A stretch of DNA of 28,569 bases. It comes from Octopus sinensis. Its lineage: Eukaryota. Each line of letters opens with the position of its first letter. Positions within the stretch are counted from its first letter, which is position 1. The notes under the pieces are model-generated. The model saw nothing but the letters and a program-made list of their open reading frames with translations. It made no database searches and was not told the DNA's origin. Shown here in pieces: positions 11,773 through 23,151 of this stretch. Location: NCBI RefSeq assembly GCF_006345805.1, contig NW_021833536.1:1-28569 (forward strand). The letters run 5' to 3'. The translations under genes were made by a program, and so were the position numbers.

Positions 11773-12369
11773 TTAACCTTTTGTGTGGAATACATTCATC
11801 ATATCTGATACATATTTCGAATTTTTTTCAACCACCAAAGTAACGTAGGTCTTATGAGAGGAAAACTTTATATTACGCAGAACGTATGAAAATGTATGGA
11901 CGTGTAGGAAACATTTATAAAAATGCTTTGATCTCTTCGGTTTGAACGGCAGTTTTTTCTAGCGGTGTCATATGAAACTGTCACCCATAATTATGACCCT
12001 AGTATCGATCTATTGCATTTCAATCTGTGTTAGGGTTAGGGGTGGGGGGAAGGGTATCTTTTTTCGTTCAGAAATGTAAATAAACTCAATCTGTTTCTTA
12101 ATCGAGGGACATTTTCATACGGCACAATGTTTTTTTTACCTCAATAGACGTCATTGATTGGTTGAAATTGCAGAAATTGAAGAAGAAAACAACAACAAAT
12201 ATCTTACAAACTATAGAATTTTCTCAATAAAGCCAAGAGAAAAAGATGTTTTATAAACACATTCTACCAATATACGAAGTTTAAAAGTGTTTAGTTACGT
12301 GGAAATTATTTTAAAAAACTGCCGGTCAAACCGAAAAGATCCAACTGCTTTGCTGAGGCAAAGGGTTAA
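11773..12369. mobile_element. Possible TTAA-flanked (piggyBac-like) non-autonomous element hosting the MITE at 11930
   Basis: TTAA|CCTTTTG at 11773 and CAAAGGG|TTAA at 12369. The sequence either side of the MITE resembles the 213-bp unit at 14718. The terminal match is only about 7 bp. Confidence 0.35.
11930..12342. mobile_element. MITE with 29-bp TIRs and a 9-bp TSD (Mutator-like by TSD length)
   Basis: GATCTCTTCGGTTTGAACGGCAGTTTTTT (11930) versus AAAAAACTGCCGGTCAAACCGAAAAGATC (12313-12341) match at 27/29. Flanks AAATGCTTT (11921-11929) and AACTGCTTT (12343-12351) match at 8/9. Confidence 0.85.
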
Positions 12370-12609
12370 ACGGGGAATCGAAATCGGATTCCCTGTAGTA
12401 TGAACACAAGCGAAAGCGAACATAAAATTATGGAAGAGAAGAAAAAGATGGAATAATATTAACATTTGACTTGGAACCTCATCAATTTCGCTTCCTGGAA
12501 ATTGTTTTAATGCTTTTAATGTTATGAATAAATTAAAAGGATTGTTGCAATGTTTCTGGTTAATATGTAATATTTTGTGGACAAAATATGTGGTGTAGTT
12601 GTTAACATA

Positions 12610-13132
12610 TGTGGGTGGAAGAGGGAGAAGTAGGGAGAGGGTGAGATACTGTGGAAGTGAGAGGGAAGGAGTGGGTTGGATAATGAGAAAATGACAACAA
12701 AGTATCGGAGAGGAGGAGGAGAGAGAGGGGAGATGAAGAAAGAGGAAGATTGAAAGAGGGTAAAAGAGAGCGAGAGAAATAGAGTGAGAATAGTGGGAGA
12801 AAGAGGGACAAAAGGAGTGAGAAGGAAAAAGGGAGAGAGAGAGAAAGAGGGGGATATAAGAGAGATTAAGAGAGGGGGATAGAAAGAGAGAGAGAGAGAG
12901 AAAGACAAAGAAAGAAAGAGATAGAAAGAAAGAGATAGAGACAAAGAAAGAAAGAGATAGAAACAAAGAGAGAGAGAGAGAGAGACAAAGAAAGAAAGAA
13001 AGAGAGACAAAGAAAGAAAGAGATAGATAGAAAGAAAGAAAGAGAGAGAGAGAGAAAGCACGAGTGAGAGACAGAAAGAAAGAGAAATTAAGAGAGGAGG
13101 ACAGAAAAAGCAAGAGATAAAGAGAAGGGAAG

Positions 13133-13168
<36 letters not shown>

Positions 13169-13420
13169 TGTGTGTGTGTGTGTGTGTTAGGAAAGAGAGC
13201 AACTTATAAAAGGGGATTAAAATATGTGTGTATGTGTGAGGGAGAGGGAGAGAGAGAGAGAGAGAGAAGTAAAACATGATAAGAGAATTATGAAAACATT
13301 TCGGATGAATCCAAAGAGATAAATAGAGAAATATTAGGAGAAAGAGATAAGAAAAAGAAGAAAAGCCCAGAATCAAAAGCGATAAACAGAAAATGATGAA
13401 GATTAGTAGTGTGATGAAGA
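12610..13420. repeat. Purine-rich (GA)n/(GAAA)n tract with a (GT)n block
   Basis: Read directly from the sequence. It generates the spurious ORFs 12295-13113 and 12522-13376. Confidence 0.9.
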
Positions 13421-13519
13421 AGAGAAGATAATTGGCTGGGAGTATGTCTGGAAAAGAGGAATTTTTTGGAGTAGATACACCGTGGGGTCTTTTATCTCAT
13501 TATTTCTGGTACTCATTTA

Positions 13520-13731
13520 GGCGGTCTGTAGGCAGAATTGTTAGCACGCTGGACGGAATGTTTAGCGGTATTTAGTCCGTCTTTAAGTTCCAAGTTCAAA
13601 TTCCGCCAACGTCGACTTTGCCATCCTGCCTTTCCAGTTTGATAAACTAAAATATCAGTCGAGTACTGGACTCGATATCATCAACTGACCAACTTTTCCC
13701 GAAATTGCTGGCCTTGTGTCAAAATTTGAAA
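13520..13731 (+). mobile_element. Diverged SINE family A copy
   Basis: GGCAGAATTGTTAGCACGCTGGACGGAATG...AAGTTCAAATTCCGCC...GGCCTTGTGTC. Confidence 0.8.
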
Positions 13732-13766
13732 TAATTACTCAAAGGGTAATTATTTCAAATTTTGCA

Positions 13767-14150
13767 GACTGTGGCCATGTTGGAGCACCGCATTTAGTCG
13801 AGCAAATCGATCCCAGGACTTATTCTATGTAAGCCTAGTACTCATTCTATCGGTCTCTTTTGCCGAACCGCTAAGTTACGGGGACGTAAACACACCAGCA
13901 TCGGTTGTCAAGCGATGTTGGGTGGGGGGAAACACACAGACACACAAACATACATTTTTATAGATATACATTTTTATAAATATACATAAATATTACGGGC
14001 TTCTTTCAGTTTCCGTCTACCAAATCCACTTACAAGGCTTTGGTCGTCCCGAGGCTTTAGTAGAAGACACTTTCCCAAGGTGCCATGCAGTGGGACCGAA
14101 CCCGGAACAATGTGGTTCGTAAGCAAGCTACTTACCACACAGCCACTCCT
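13767..14150 (-). mobile_element. SINE family B, near full length
   Basis: Colinear with 11231-11614. Confidence 0.9.
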
Positions 14151-14151
14151 T

Positions 14152-14266
14152 TTCCTTTCATCCTTTCGGGATCGATAAATTAAGTGCCAGTGAAACACTG
14201 AGTTCGATGCAATCGACCGCCCCCCTCCCAAAAATCCAGGCCTTGTGCCTATAGTAGAAAGGATTG
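14152..14266 (+). mobile_element. SINE family A 3' half fragment
   Basis: CCTTTCATCCTTTCGGGATCGATAAATTAAG...GGCCTTGTGCCTATAGTAGAAAGG. Confidence 0.8.
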
Positions 14267-14376
14267 CTGAGACTCCTTCGGTCATGAGATTGCACCTAGA
14301 AAGTTACCCTCCCAGGCACAAGTCCGGGCAAAGGATTATTATTATAATTATTATTATTATTATTATTATTACTTAA

Positions 14377-14590
14377 GGCGGCGAGCTGGCAGAATCGTTA
14401 GCACACCAGGCAAAATGCTTAGCGGCATTTCGTTCGTCTTTGCGTTTTGTGTTCAAATTCCGTTGAGGTCGACTTTGCCATTCATCCTTTCAGGGTCGAT
14501 AAACTAAGTACCAGTCATGTACTGGGGTCGATGTAATCGACTTATCTCTTGCCCCGAAATTGCCGGCCTTGTGCCAGAATCTGAAGCCAA
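14377..14590 (+). mobile_element. SINE family A, full length, preceded by (ATT)n
   Basis: Head GGCGGCGAGCTGGCAGAATCG, B box, central domain and GGCCTTGTGCC tail. Confidence 0.9.
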
Positions 14591-14717
14591 TATTTCTTAT
14601 ACTCTGCGTTAGCAAATTTATATTTTAACCGTTTATCCGATCTGTGCATCGCAGGTGGGGCGAACGGTTAATACACCGGGGATATGTTTGTTTGGTGTCC
14701 ATGTATCATATATGATA

Positions 14718-15143
14718 CACAGGCCCAATTTTTTTCATCCTCCAGAGTTAGCTTGGGTCTTAGTAAAAGAGGGCTTTATATTAATCAGAACGTATGAAGT
14801 AAAGGTTAACTAAAAGTCCGAAAACATTCTGATGATCAGGGGAAAGCTATGAAAATGCTTTGGGCTGGTAAAAGATTAAGACAGTCCTGTTTCAGCTGAT
14901 ATACGATCTAAAATGCTCCAGCCGTGACTACACAGTCCAATTTTTTCATCCTCAAGAGTTAGCTTGGGACTTATGAAAAGAGAGCTTTATATTAATCAGA
15001 AGGTATGAAATAAGGGTTAACTAAAAGTCTGAAAACATTCTGATGTTCAGGGGAAATCTATGAAAATACTTTGGGCAGGTAAAAGGTTAAGACAATCCTG
15101 TTTCAGCAGATATATGATCAAAAAAGCTCCAGCCGGGACTACA
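14718..15143. repeat. Two diverged tandem copies of a ~213-bp unit
   Basis: CCAATTTTTTTCATCCTC.AGAGTTAGCTTGGG...GCTCCAGCCG.GACTACA starts at 14718 and at 14931. Identity is roughly 85% by eye. Confidence 0.9.
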
Positions 15144-15389
15144 ATATTTTTTTCTTTATTTCACTTTCAGGCAGATCAATAAATTCTAATTTGGAACAAA
15201 GCTAGCAATTCTGAGGGGAGGGTGTAAAAGTATGACAACAAACAACTTTAAGATAAACTTATGAAAATTCATTGGACAGACACAGAGACTGAGTATTTCC
15301 GCAGATGCTTTGTCACCTTACACAAACAAACCTAATAATTTTAGAAGTCTAAATCGGAAAAAAAAAAGATAAATAAAGAAAACACTTAC

Positions 15390-15427
15390 CACCATAAAAT
15401 CAGCGTGACTTTCACGTGAGCTGCCAT
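15390..15427 (-). CDS. Candidate first coding exon MAAHVKVTLILW- (exon 15390-15435, phase-2 donor); product unknown
   Basis: The minus strand reads TTTTCTTCATTATAG|TTTACAAAATGGCAGCTCACGTGAAAGTCACGCTGATTTTATGGTG|GTAAGT: polypyrimidine acceptor, AAAATGG start context, GTAAGT donor. No partner exons were identified. Confidence 0.35.
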
Positions 15428-15694
15428 TTTGTAAACTATAATGAAGAAAACTGCTTATTAATTAATTAGAATAATGTAACATTTACTAAAAGGAAGCAAT
15501 AATTAATGTCTTTATAGTTTAGAAAATCTTTAAAAATTAAAATTTTAAGATATATTTAAAAATTTTTTTATCAACGTGTGATATTCGTTTTTTGTTGTTT
15601 TTTTTTGTTTGTTTTCAAGTAAACGATTAATTTTAATTAACTGCGGGATAGTATTTTTTTAATGTTCTACTGCTTTCTCTCTCCCTTTCCGTCT

Positions 15695-16011
15695 GGTACT
15701 CCGTCGGTTTCGACGATGTGGGTTCCAGTTGACCGGATCAACGTAACGGAACAGCCTGCTCGTGAAATTAACATGACAAGAACTTCACAGACATGTGTAC
15801 CCTTAGTGTAGTTCCCGGGGAGGTTCAGCCGGACACAGAATATGACAAGGCTGGCCCCTTTGAATTACAGCTACAACTCACTTTTGCCCGCTGAATAGAC
15901 AAGGGCAATGAGAAATGAAGTTCCTTGCTCAAAGGCACAACAGGCTGATAGGTATCGAACTCACGACGTTACGATCTTGAGCCGAGTGCCGTAACCACTA
16001 AGCTACGCGCC
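15695..16011 (-). mobile_element. tRNA-derived SINE family E, full length
   Basis: The minus strand starts GGCGCGTAGCTTAGTGG (A box) and has GAGTTCGATACC (B box). The body is homologous to 19313-19590, and the tail contains AATTTCACGAGCAGGCTGTTCCG. Confidence 0.8.
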
Positions 16012-16018
16012 TTCCAAA

Positions 16019-16086
16019 CGCTCTGTCGATTACGACGACGAGTGTTCCAATTGATCCGATCAACAGAACAGCTTGCTCGTGAAATT
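16019..16086 (-). mobile_element. SINE family E 3'-tail fragment
   Basis: Repeats the sequence at about 15695-15770 (GATCAACAGAACAGCTTGCTCGTGAAATT). Confidence 0.75.
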
Positions 16087-16470
16087 CTTTTCTACTCTAG
16101 GCACAAGGCCTGAAATTTTGGAGGAGGGGGGGCAATCGATTAGATCGACCCCGAAAGGATGAAAGGCAAAGTTGACCTCGTCGGAATTTGAACACAGAAC
16201 GTAGCGATAGGCGAAATACCTGTTTTTTTATTACCCACAAGGGGCTAAACATAGAGGGGACACACAAGGACAGGCATATGGATTAAGTCGATTACATCGA
16301 CCCCAGTGCGTAACTGGTACTTAATTTATCGTCCCCGAAAGTATAAAAAGCAAAGTTGACCTCAGCAGAATTTGCACTCAGAACATCGACCCCAGTACTT
16401 GACTGGTACTTAATTTATCGACCCCGAAAGGATGAAAGACAAAGTCGACCTCGGCGGAATTTGAACTCAG
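16087..16470 (-). mobile_element. Three tandem partial SINE family A copies
   Basis: The GACCTCGGCGGAATTTGAACTCAG-like B-box segment occurs three times. Junctions fall at about 16220/16221 and 16383/16384. Confidence 0.85.
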
Positions 16471-16959
16471 GCTGAAGGGCCTCTGCAATAAATATGTGAA
16501 CCGCATAGGGGGAATAGGTTGAATAAAATCCTAATTAACTGATCCTCCTGTATTTTCTTTTAACCAAAGCCAAGAACTTTTCAGGAACCCTCCTCGTACA
16601 CACACACACACACACACACACGTTTCGTTTATTGGTTGCATATTTTCTTATCACAGATTTGTTTTTATCACGTATTAATAATAAAGAGGGTCACGTTTTC
16701 AACCTCTAACGGAAGAAAATTTGCAACGACATTTATTTTATTTCCTATAATAATAACACTTCTTGGTATGTATGTGTGTGTGTATATACATATTTACACA
16801 CACACACACACATATATATGCATACATATTAAAAGAAATGAGGTACTCAGAAATTCGGATGGTTTTACAGATATTTATTTGTATATTACATGTTTTTATA
16901 CATCATATAACTTAGATCATGTATTAGCGCTTTCTCACATTCAAGTGGGGTTTTCAAAT

Positions 16960-17140
16960 CGAACTATGTATATATACATATATACATATATATATACATG
17001 CATATATATATATATATATGTGCATATATATATATGCATATATATATACATATATATATATGCATATATATATACATGCATATATATATGTATGTATGTA
17101 TGTATACACACACGCATGTATATATATATATATATATGGA
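16960..17140. repeat. (TA)n/(CATA)n microsatellite
   Basis: Read directly from the sequence. Confidence 0.9.
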
Positions 17141-17599
17141 TATCAGGTGTACTGGTAAATTGTTCATTGTTGTTCTTCACGGAACATTTTTTTTATTTCA
17201 TAGTTCAGTGGTAGAACCTCTGAAGAGGACGACGAAATTACACAGCATATTACGGTTGGAAATACACATTATTATCTCTATCTCCTGCATTAAACTTCGC
17301 TCTTTAATTATAGTGAGATGACTGTTGGTGTTTTGACGCCTATTACCTACAGCGAGAATTTTTTCCATGGCACACTGCAGTGAAAATGGCCTTTTTTTAC
17401 AGGTCAAATATGCCACAAAGATACTTGAGCTGAATTGAAAGTTTATACTACACATACACACAGACACATAGACAAATTCATGTATTTATATGTATAGATG
17501 TGCGTGTGTTTGTATGTGTATGTATGTGTGTGTATATGTGTGCGTGTGTATGTTGTGTGTGTGTCTATCAGGGAGTAAATGTCGGATAAAAAGAAAAAT

Positions 17600-18420
17600 T
17601 CCAATCAACATATGTGAGTGTAAGAGAGAGAGAAGGGGGGAGAAAGACAGAGAGATTGAGAGGAAGAAGAGGGGGTGGGAAGATAAAGAGAGAGGGAGAG
17701 AAAGGATGAGAGGGGGTGAGAGAGGGGAGTGTGTGAGAATGGAAAAGATTGAGATAGAAATAATTGAAGAGGAGAGACACATACAGGAGAGAGAATGAGA
17801 GAGAGATAATGAGAGAGAGAGAATGAGAGAGAGAGAGAGAGAATGTGAGAGAGAGAGAGAATGAGAGAGAGAGAATGTGTGAGAGAGAGAATGAGAGAGA
17901 GAGAATGAGAGAGAGAGAGAATGTGTGAGAGAGAGAATGAGAGAGGGAGAGAATGAGAGAGAGAGAAAGAGAATGTGTAAGAGAGAGAATGAGAGAGAGA
18001 GAGAACGAGAGAGAGAATGAAAGAGAGAGAGAAAGGGAGAGAGAGAGAGAGGGAAGGAGAGAGAGAGAGAGAATGAGAGAGAGAGAGAGAAAGAGAGAGA
18101 GAGAATGAGAGAGAAAGAGAGAGAGAACGAGAGAGAGAGAGAATGAGAGAGAGAGAGAGAATGAGAGAGAAAGAGAGAGAGCGAGGATGAGAGAGAGAGA
18201 GAGAGAATGAGAGAGAAAGAATGAGAGAGAGCGAAGGAGAGAGAGAGAATGAGAGAGAGAGAATGAGAGAGAGAGAATGAGAGAGAGAGAGAATGAGAGA
18301 GAAAGAGAGAATGAGAGAGAGAGAATGAGAGAGAGAGAGAGAGAATGAGAGAGAGAAAATCATTGAGAGAAAAGGAGAGAAGGATCAGAAAACAAGAAAA
18401 CGAGAGAATGTAAACGAAAA
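17600..18420. repeat. (GA)n tract with recurring GAGAAT interruptions
   Basis: Read directly from the sequence. It generates the spurious ORFs 17486-18646 and 17605-18363. Confidence 0.95.
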
Positions 18421-18569
18421 CGATGTGAGTGTATGTGTGTGTGTGTGTGTGTTGTGTGTGTGTGTGTGTGTGATAGGAATTACAAGGTGACTGACAGTGA
18501 GAGAAAGAGAGAGAGAGAGAGAGTGACAAAGAATGATGGATATTATGGGAAAATTTAATAAGCTGTATG

Positions 18570-19260
18570 TAATTAAGACTGGAAACAGACACACACACAC
18601 GCACGCACACACACAAACATACATACATATAATCATGCATACACACAAATACACGAACCTATACATACACAAATGTATACAACCACATTTGCAGATACAT
18701 ACACACATACATATATTCATATATTCATATACACATGTACACACGCATACATACATACATACATACATGCATACATACATACATACATACATAGATGCAT
18801 ACATACATATATACATACATACATACATACATGCATACATACATACACACATACACACATACATACATACATAGATACACACATACACACACACATACTT
18901 ACATACATACACACATACACACATACATACATACATACACACATACACACACATACATACATACATACATACACATACATACATACATACATACATACAT
19001 ACACACATACACACACATACATACATACATACATACACATACATACATACATACATACATACATACATACACATACACATACATACATACATACATACAT
19101 ACACATACATACATACATACATACATACATACAATTTCACGTCTTTATCTCAAACATCCATCGTAACGCATCCATACTCAAAACACATACATAAGTACAC
19201 ACACACACACGCCACACACACACACACGTATACGCACACATATGTTCATACACCTACGTA
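18570..19260. repeat. (CATA)n/(CA)n microsatellite
   Basis: Read directly from the sequence. Confidence 0.95.
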
Positions 19261-19312
19261 CAAATACATACAGTCAAAAACATGCACACAGCATATATAC
19301 ATATAAATATGT

Positions 19313-19590
19313 GGAGGCGCAATGGCCCAGTGGTTAGGGCAGTGGACTCATGGTCATAGGAGCGCGGTTTCGATTCCCAGACCGGGCGTTGTGAGTGTTT
19401 ATTGAGCGAAAACACCCAACAGCTCCACGACGCTCCGGTAGGGGGTGAGGGCGAACCCCGCCGTACTCTTCCTGTTTCTGTTGTACCTGTATTTCAAAGG
19501 CCCAACCTTGTCACACACTGTGTGTCGCTGAATCTTCCCGAGAACTACATTAAGGGCACACGTATCTGTGGTGTACTCAGCCACTTGCAC
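19313..19590 (+). mobile_element. tRNA-derived SINE family E, 3'-truncated
   Basis: A box TGGCCCAGTGG, B box GGTTTCGATTCCC, body AAAGGCCCAACCTTGTCA...AAGGGCACACGTATCTGTG homologous to 15695-16011. Confidence 0.8.
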
Positions 19591-19879
19591 CTTATATATA
19601 TATAATATATATATATATACATATATATACATACGCAATATTTGCACATATACACATATAAATACGCATCCTCTCATATGCGAGTATATACATACATACA
19701 CTTGTATACAACCATACATGTGCACACAAAGACACACAGAGACACACATACGCATATATATAAATACATACGAATAAAATACGGAAATAGATACATATAA
19801 ATATATATATGAATACACACACATATCCACGTATACACACTCATACATACACACAGAACACACACTCATACACACATTC

Positions 19880-20300
19880 ACGCACATATGCATATACACA
19901 TACATACAAATGCATACAACTATACACACACACTGATGCGCAGATACACGCACATATGCACATACATACAAATAGATACAGCTACACACTCACACGCATA
20001 CACACTCACAGATTAGCAGATACACACACATAAACACATACATACAAATGCATACAGCTACACACGCACACACACATACATACATACACGCAGATACACG
20101 CACATATGCACATACATACAAATGCATACAGCTACACACACACACATATATACACACGCACAGATGCGCAGATACACGCACACATACACATACATACAAA
20201 TGCATACAGCTACGCACACACACACACACCCACACACACACCCACACACACACATACAAACACACAGATGCGCAAACACACACACGCACATATTCACACA
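19880..20300. repeat. CA-rich minisatellite, about 5 copies of a ~75-bp unit
   Basis: GCAGATACACGCACATATGCACATACATACAAATGCATACAGCTAC recurs at about 19940, 20018, 20090 and 20168. Confidence 0.75.
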
Positions 20301-21519
20301 TACACGCGCGCACAGATATTTAAAATGCAAATTATTTACAAGTTTTATTTAATTTAGAAGATCAGGCAGTAAAGATTGATATGCCAGGTCACAGGTTCAA
20401 ACCTCGATTAGTTCATTTAGTAACGCTCCACGTATCACACACAACCGACATTTTCCCCTTCCCGTTTGCCTCGTCTTGATATTTTTCTAATTGTCATTAT
20501 TTTACATTTTGTTAATTTTTGCTGAAATCAACTTAAAATTCTTCTCGTTCTTGTTATTATCATTTATTATTATCAATGTTGTTCAGGCCTTTTTTGTTAT
20601 ACTTTTTCATCTTGTAACAGTCTTCATAATTATCGTTATCCCCATCGTTTTACTGGCTTTTAGAACTATCTTTCGTTTGTAAAATTGTTGTTATGATTTT
20701 CCTATTGTTGTTGTTGTCATATCGTACTGTTGTAGTTGTTGTTATAAACATTGATATTTTTTGTTATGTCCCTTATTTCTGTTTTCCTTTTCTCCCCACA
20801 GTTATTGCCATTGTTATTGGTCCCCGTTACTGTCATTGTTATTGTAGCTACCATTATCTTAGTTAAGCTTGTTGTTTGTATTCCTTGTTGTTATTATAGT
20901 TATTTCCCTTGTCGTTTGTTGTAGGTTACAGCTGTTTTGTTATATACTGTTGTTGCAGCTATTATTAACATGACCAGCGTTATCATATTACGGTCAAAAC
21001 TAAAAACGATGTTGTTGTTATACTTCTTTACGCTTCTAACGTCGCCGTCTTCGTCATTGCTGCTCGTGTTTGCTAATTTCATTCTGACAAGCGCTGGAGA
21101 GCAAGAGGTTATAAAAGGCGAAGAACTATTCGCGAGCCCCAAGTCTTTGATTTCAGCTCACTTATATCATTCATCCTATTGGAAACCAATAAACGTCATA
21201 GTTTTCCTTTCCACCCGTCCAACCGTGACAATCCTTAACCATCCTCTGTAAAAACAGCGTTTCTATGTGTTTAATTAGTCATTAATCTGGTTAGGTCGTT
21301 AAATAAGGGCCTTGGAGCAACATGTAGATTGAAGTCATACAAAAAACAAAAAAACAAAAACAAAAAAACAAAACAAAAAAAATTCAGAATTGAATTTTCC
21401 ATTTCGGCCATTTTACTCGGGAAATGCCATTAACAGTGTTGGGAAAATGTATGAAAGCCACAACATCCTGTTTTATTTTCGTACTTTACAAAAAGGGAAT
21501 TACAGCGCAGTTAGTGCTT

Positions 21520-21685
21520 TACACACACACACACACACACAAACACACTCACACAAACAACACACGCACACACACACACACTCACACACATACACACACA
21601 AATACAAACACACACACACATACACACACACACAAACACACACACACAAATACAAACACACACACACAAACACACACACACACAT
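21520..21685. repeat. (CA)n microsatellite
   Basis: Read directly from the sequence. Confidence 0.95.
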
Positions 21686-21897
21686 TAATGTTTGCGTTTA
21701 TGTTCAGTTATACAAAAAAAAATCAAAGCAATCTTACATTAATTTGATGGGTTACTCTTATTCTTTTGTAGAGTGCAAATTTATCATTCTAATAAAAGAA
21801 TGTTACTGACTGTGACTTCGAAGTGTCGGTCAGCTGATACATATATATATATATTATATATATATATATATATAATATGATATTATAATATATATAT

Positions 21898-21983
21898 GGA
21901 CGTACGTTTCGAGATCAAGTTTTAGGATAGCGTAAGAATTAGAAAATTCTACTTACCCGTACTTCTTCTCTCATCGGCGCAGG
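21898..21983 (-). ncRNA. Type I hammerhead ribozyme motif L1, truncated 1 nt after the cleavage site
   Basis: The minus strand reads CCTGCG-CCGATGA-helix II-GAAAC-GTAC-GTC^C and then (AT)n. The 3' strand of helix I is absent. Confidence 0.7.
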
Positions 21984-22474
21984 ATACTACAATTATTATA
22001 ATATTGTATATTAAATTTTGAGATACTAGAATGCATCATCTCAACTCAGAGCGAGCTCAAGCATGACCAGTACCACGAAATTCAAGTTTGAATGAAGGTT
22101 TGTGTCACCAGCCCCCTTCCACCCGCGTGTAGCCAAGATAAAATGCTGTGGTCATTTACTGGGATAAAATATGGTTATCAGTAATAATAAAAAAAGGTGA
22201 AACTAATTAATTAGGGATAATTATCAATTACACCAAGTAGATTTCAGCATGTAAAAGCCCCATTCGAGGAAAATTTAAGTAATACTAAGTAATTAAGGGT
22301 TTAGCAACGAATTGCCTCACCAACACACCGAATTTAGAAATAGCAGTCAAAGAGATATAGCTATTCCTTCTACTAAAAGGGGGATCTCAGTAAAAACACA
22401 GCACTTGAAAGGCAAACACAGACAGGTAAGAAGAAAAATGAAATGACGGCAATCCATCATGCAATTTTACGTTA

Positions 22475-22566
22475 CCTACGGACGTACGTTTCGAGATCAA
22501 GTTTTAGGATAGCGTAAGATTTAGAAAATTCTACTTTACCCGTACTTCTTCTCTCATCGGCGCAGG
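22475..22566 (-). ncRNA. Type I hammerhead ribozyme motif L2 (predicted cut 22481|22480)
   Basis: Complete motif CCUGCG/CCGAUGA/GAGA..UCUC/GAAAC-GUAC-GUC^CGUAGG. Confidence 0.8.
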
Positions 22567-23059
22567 ATACTACAATTATGAATAATTGTATATTAAATTT
22601 TGAGATACTAGAATGCATCATCTCAACTCAGAGCGAGCTAAAGCATGACCAGTACCACGAAATTCAAAGTTTGAATGAAGGTTTGTGTCACCAGCCCCCT
22701 TCCACCCGCGTGTAGCCAAGATAAAATGCTGTGGTCATTTACTGGGATAAAATATGGTTATCAGTAATAATAAAAAAAGGTGAAACTAATTAATTAGGGA
22801 TAATTATCAATTACACCAAGTAGATTTCAACATGTAAAAGCCCCATTCGAGGAAAATTTAAGTAATACTAAGTAATTAAGGGTTTAGCAACGAATTGCCT
22901 CACCAACACACCGAATTTAGAAATAGCAGTCAAAGAGATATAGCTATTCCTTCTACTAAAAGGGGGATCTCAGTAAAAACACAGCACTTGAAAGGCAAAC
23001 ACAGACAGGTAAGAAAGAAAGAATGAAATGACGGCAATCCATCATGCAATTTTACGTTA

Positions 23060-23151
23060 CCTACGGACGTACGTTTCGAGATCAAGTTTTAGGATAGCGT
23101 AAGAATTAGAAAATTCTACTTTACCCGTACTTCTTCTCTCATCGGCGCAGG
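23060..23151 (-). ncRNA. Type I hammerhead ribozyme motif L3 (predicted cut 23066|23065)
   Basis: Complete motif as in L2. Confidence 0.8.

Noticed and set aside
12029-12042. GTTAGGGTTAGGG as an interstitial telomere
   Set aside because: Only two units, and they are internal to the MITE.
16884-16908. Minus-strand ATGATGTATAAAAACATGTA as a decayed minimal hammerhead
   Set aside because: Three or more core positions differ in very AT-rich sequence, so it cannot be told from chance.
21105-21145. TATAAAAGG as a TATA-box promoter, and ORF 20937-21251
   Set aside because: There is no clear initiator or downstream exon, and the ORF starts in (GTT/ATT) low-complexity sequence.
196-21809. Long ORFs in the supplied track (for example 17486-18646, 12522-13376, 18385-19140)
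   Set aside because: They are translations of microsatellites (SL, YI, HT, CV, IYLS repeats) or SINEs with no protein-like complexity.
22480-23064. A second ribozyme on the opposite polarity of the unit (ambisense, viroid-like)
   Set aside because: No CUGANGA or CCGANGA plus GAAA arrangement was found by eye on that strand. Other ribozyme classes would need a covariance-model search.
23000-23151. Splice-like signals in the unit (CAG|GTAAGA donor, pyrimidine tract plus GCAG acceptor) suggesting tandem exons or an SL RNA
   Set aside because: The implied ~435-nt exon has stops in the frames inspected and there is no convincing Sm site. The acceptor is simply the antisense of the hammerhead helix I/II.
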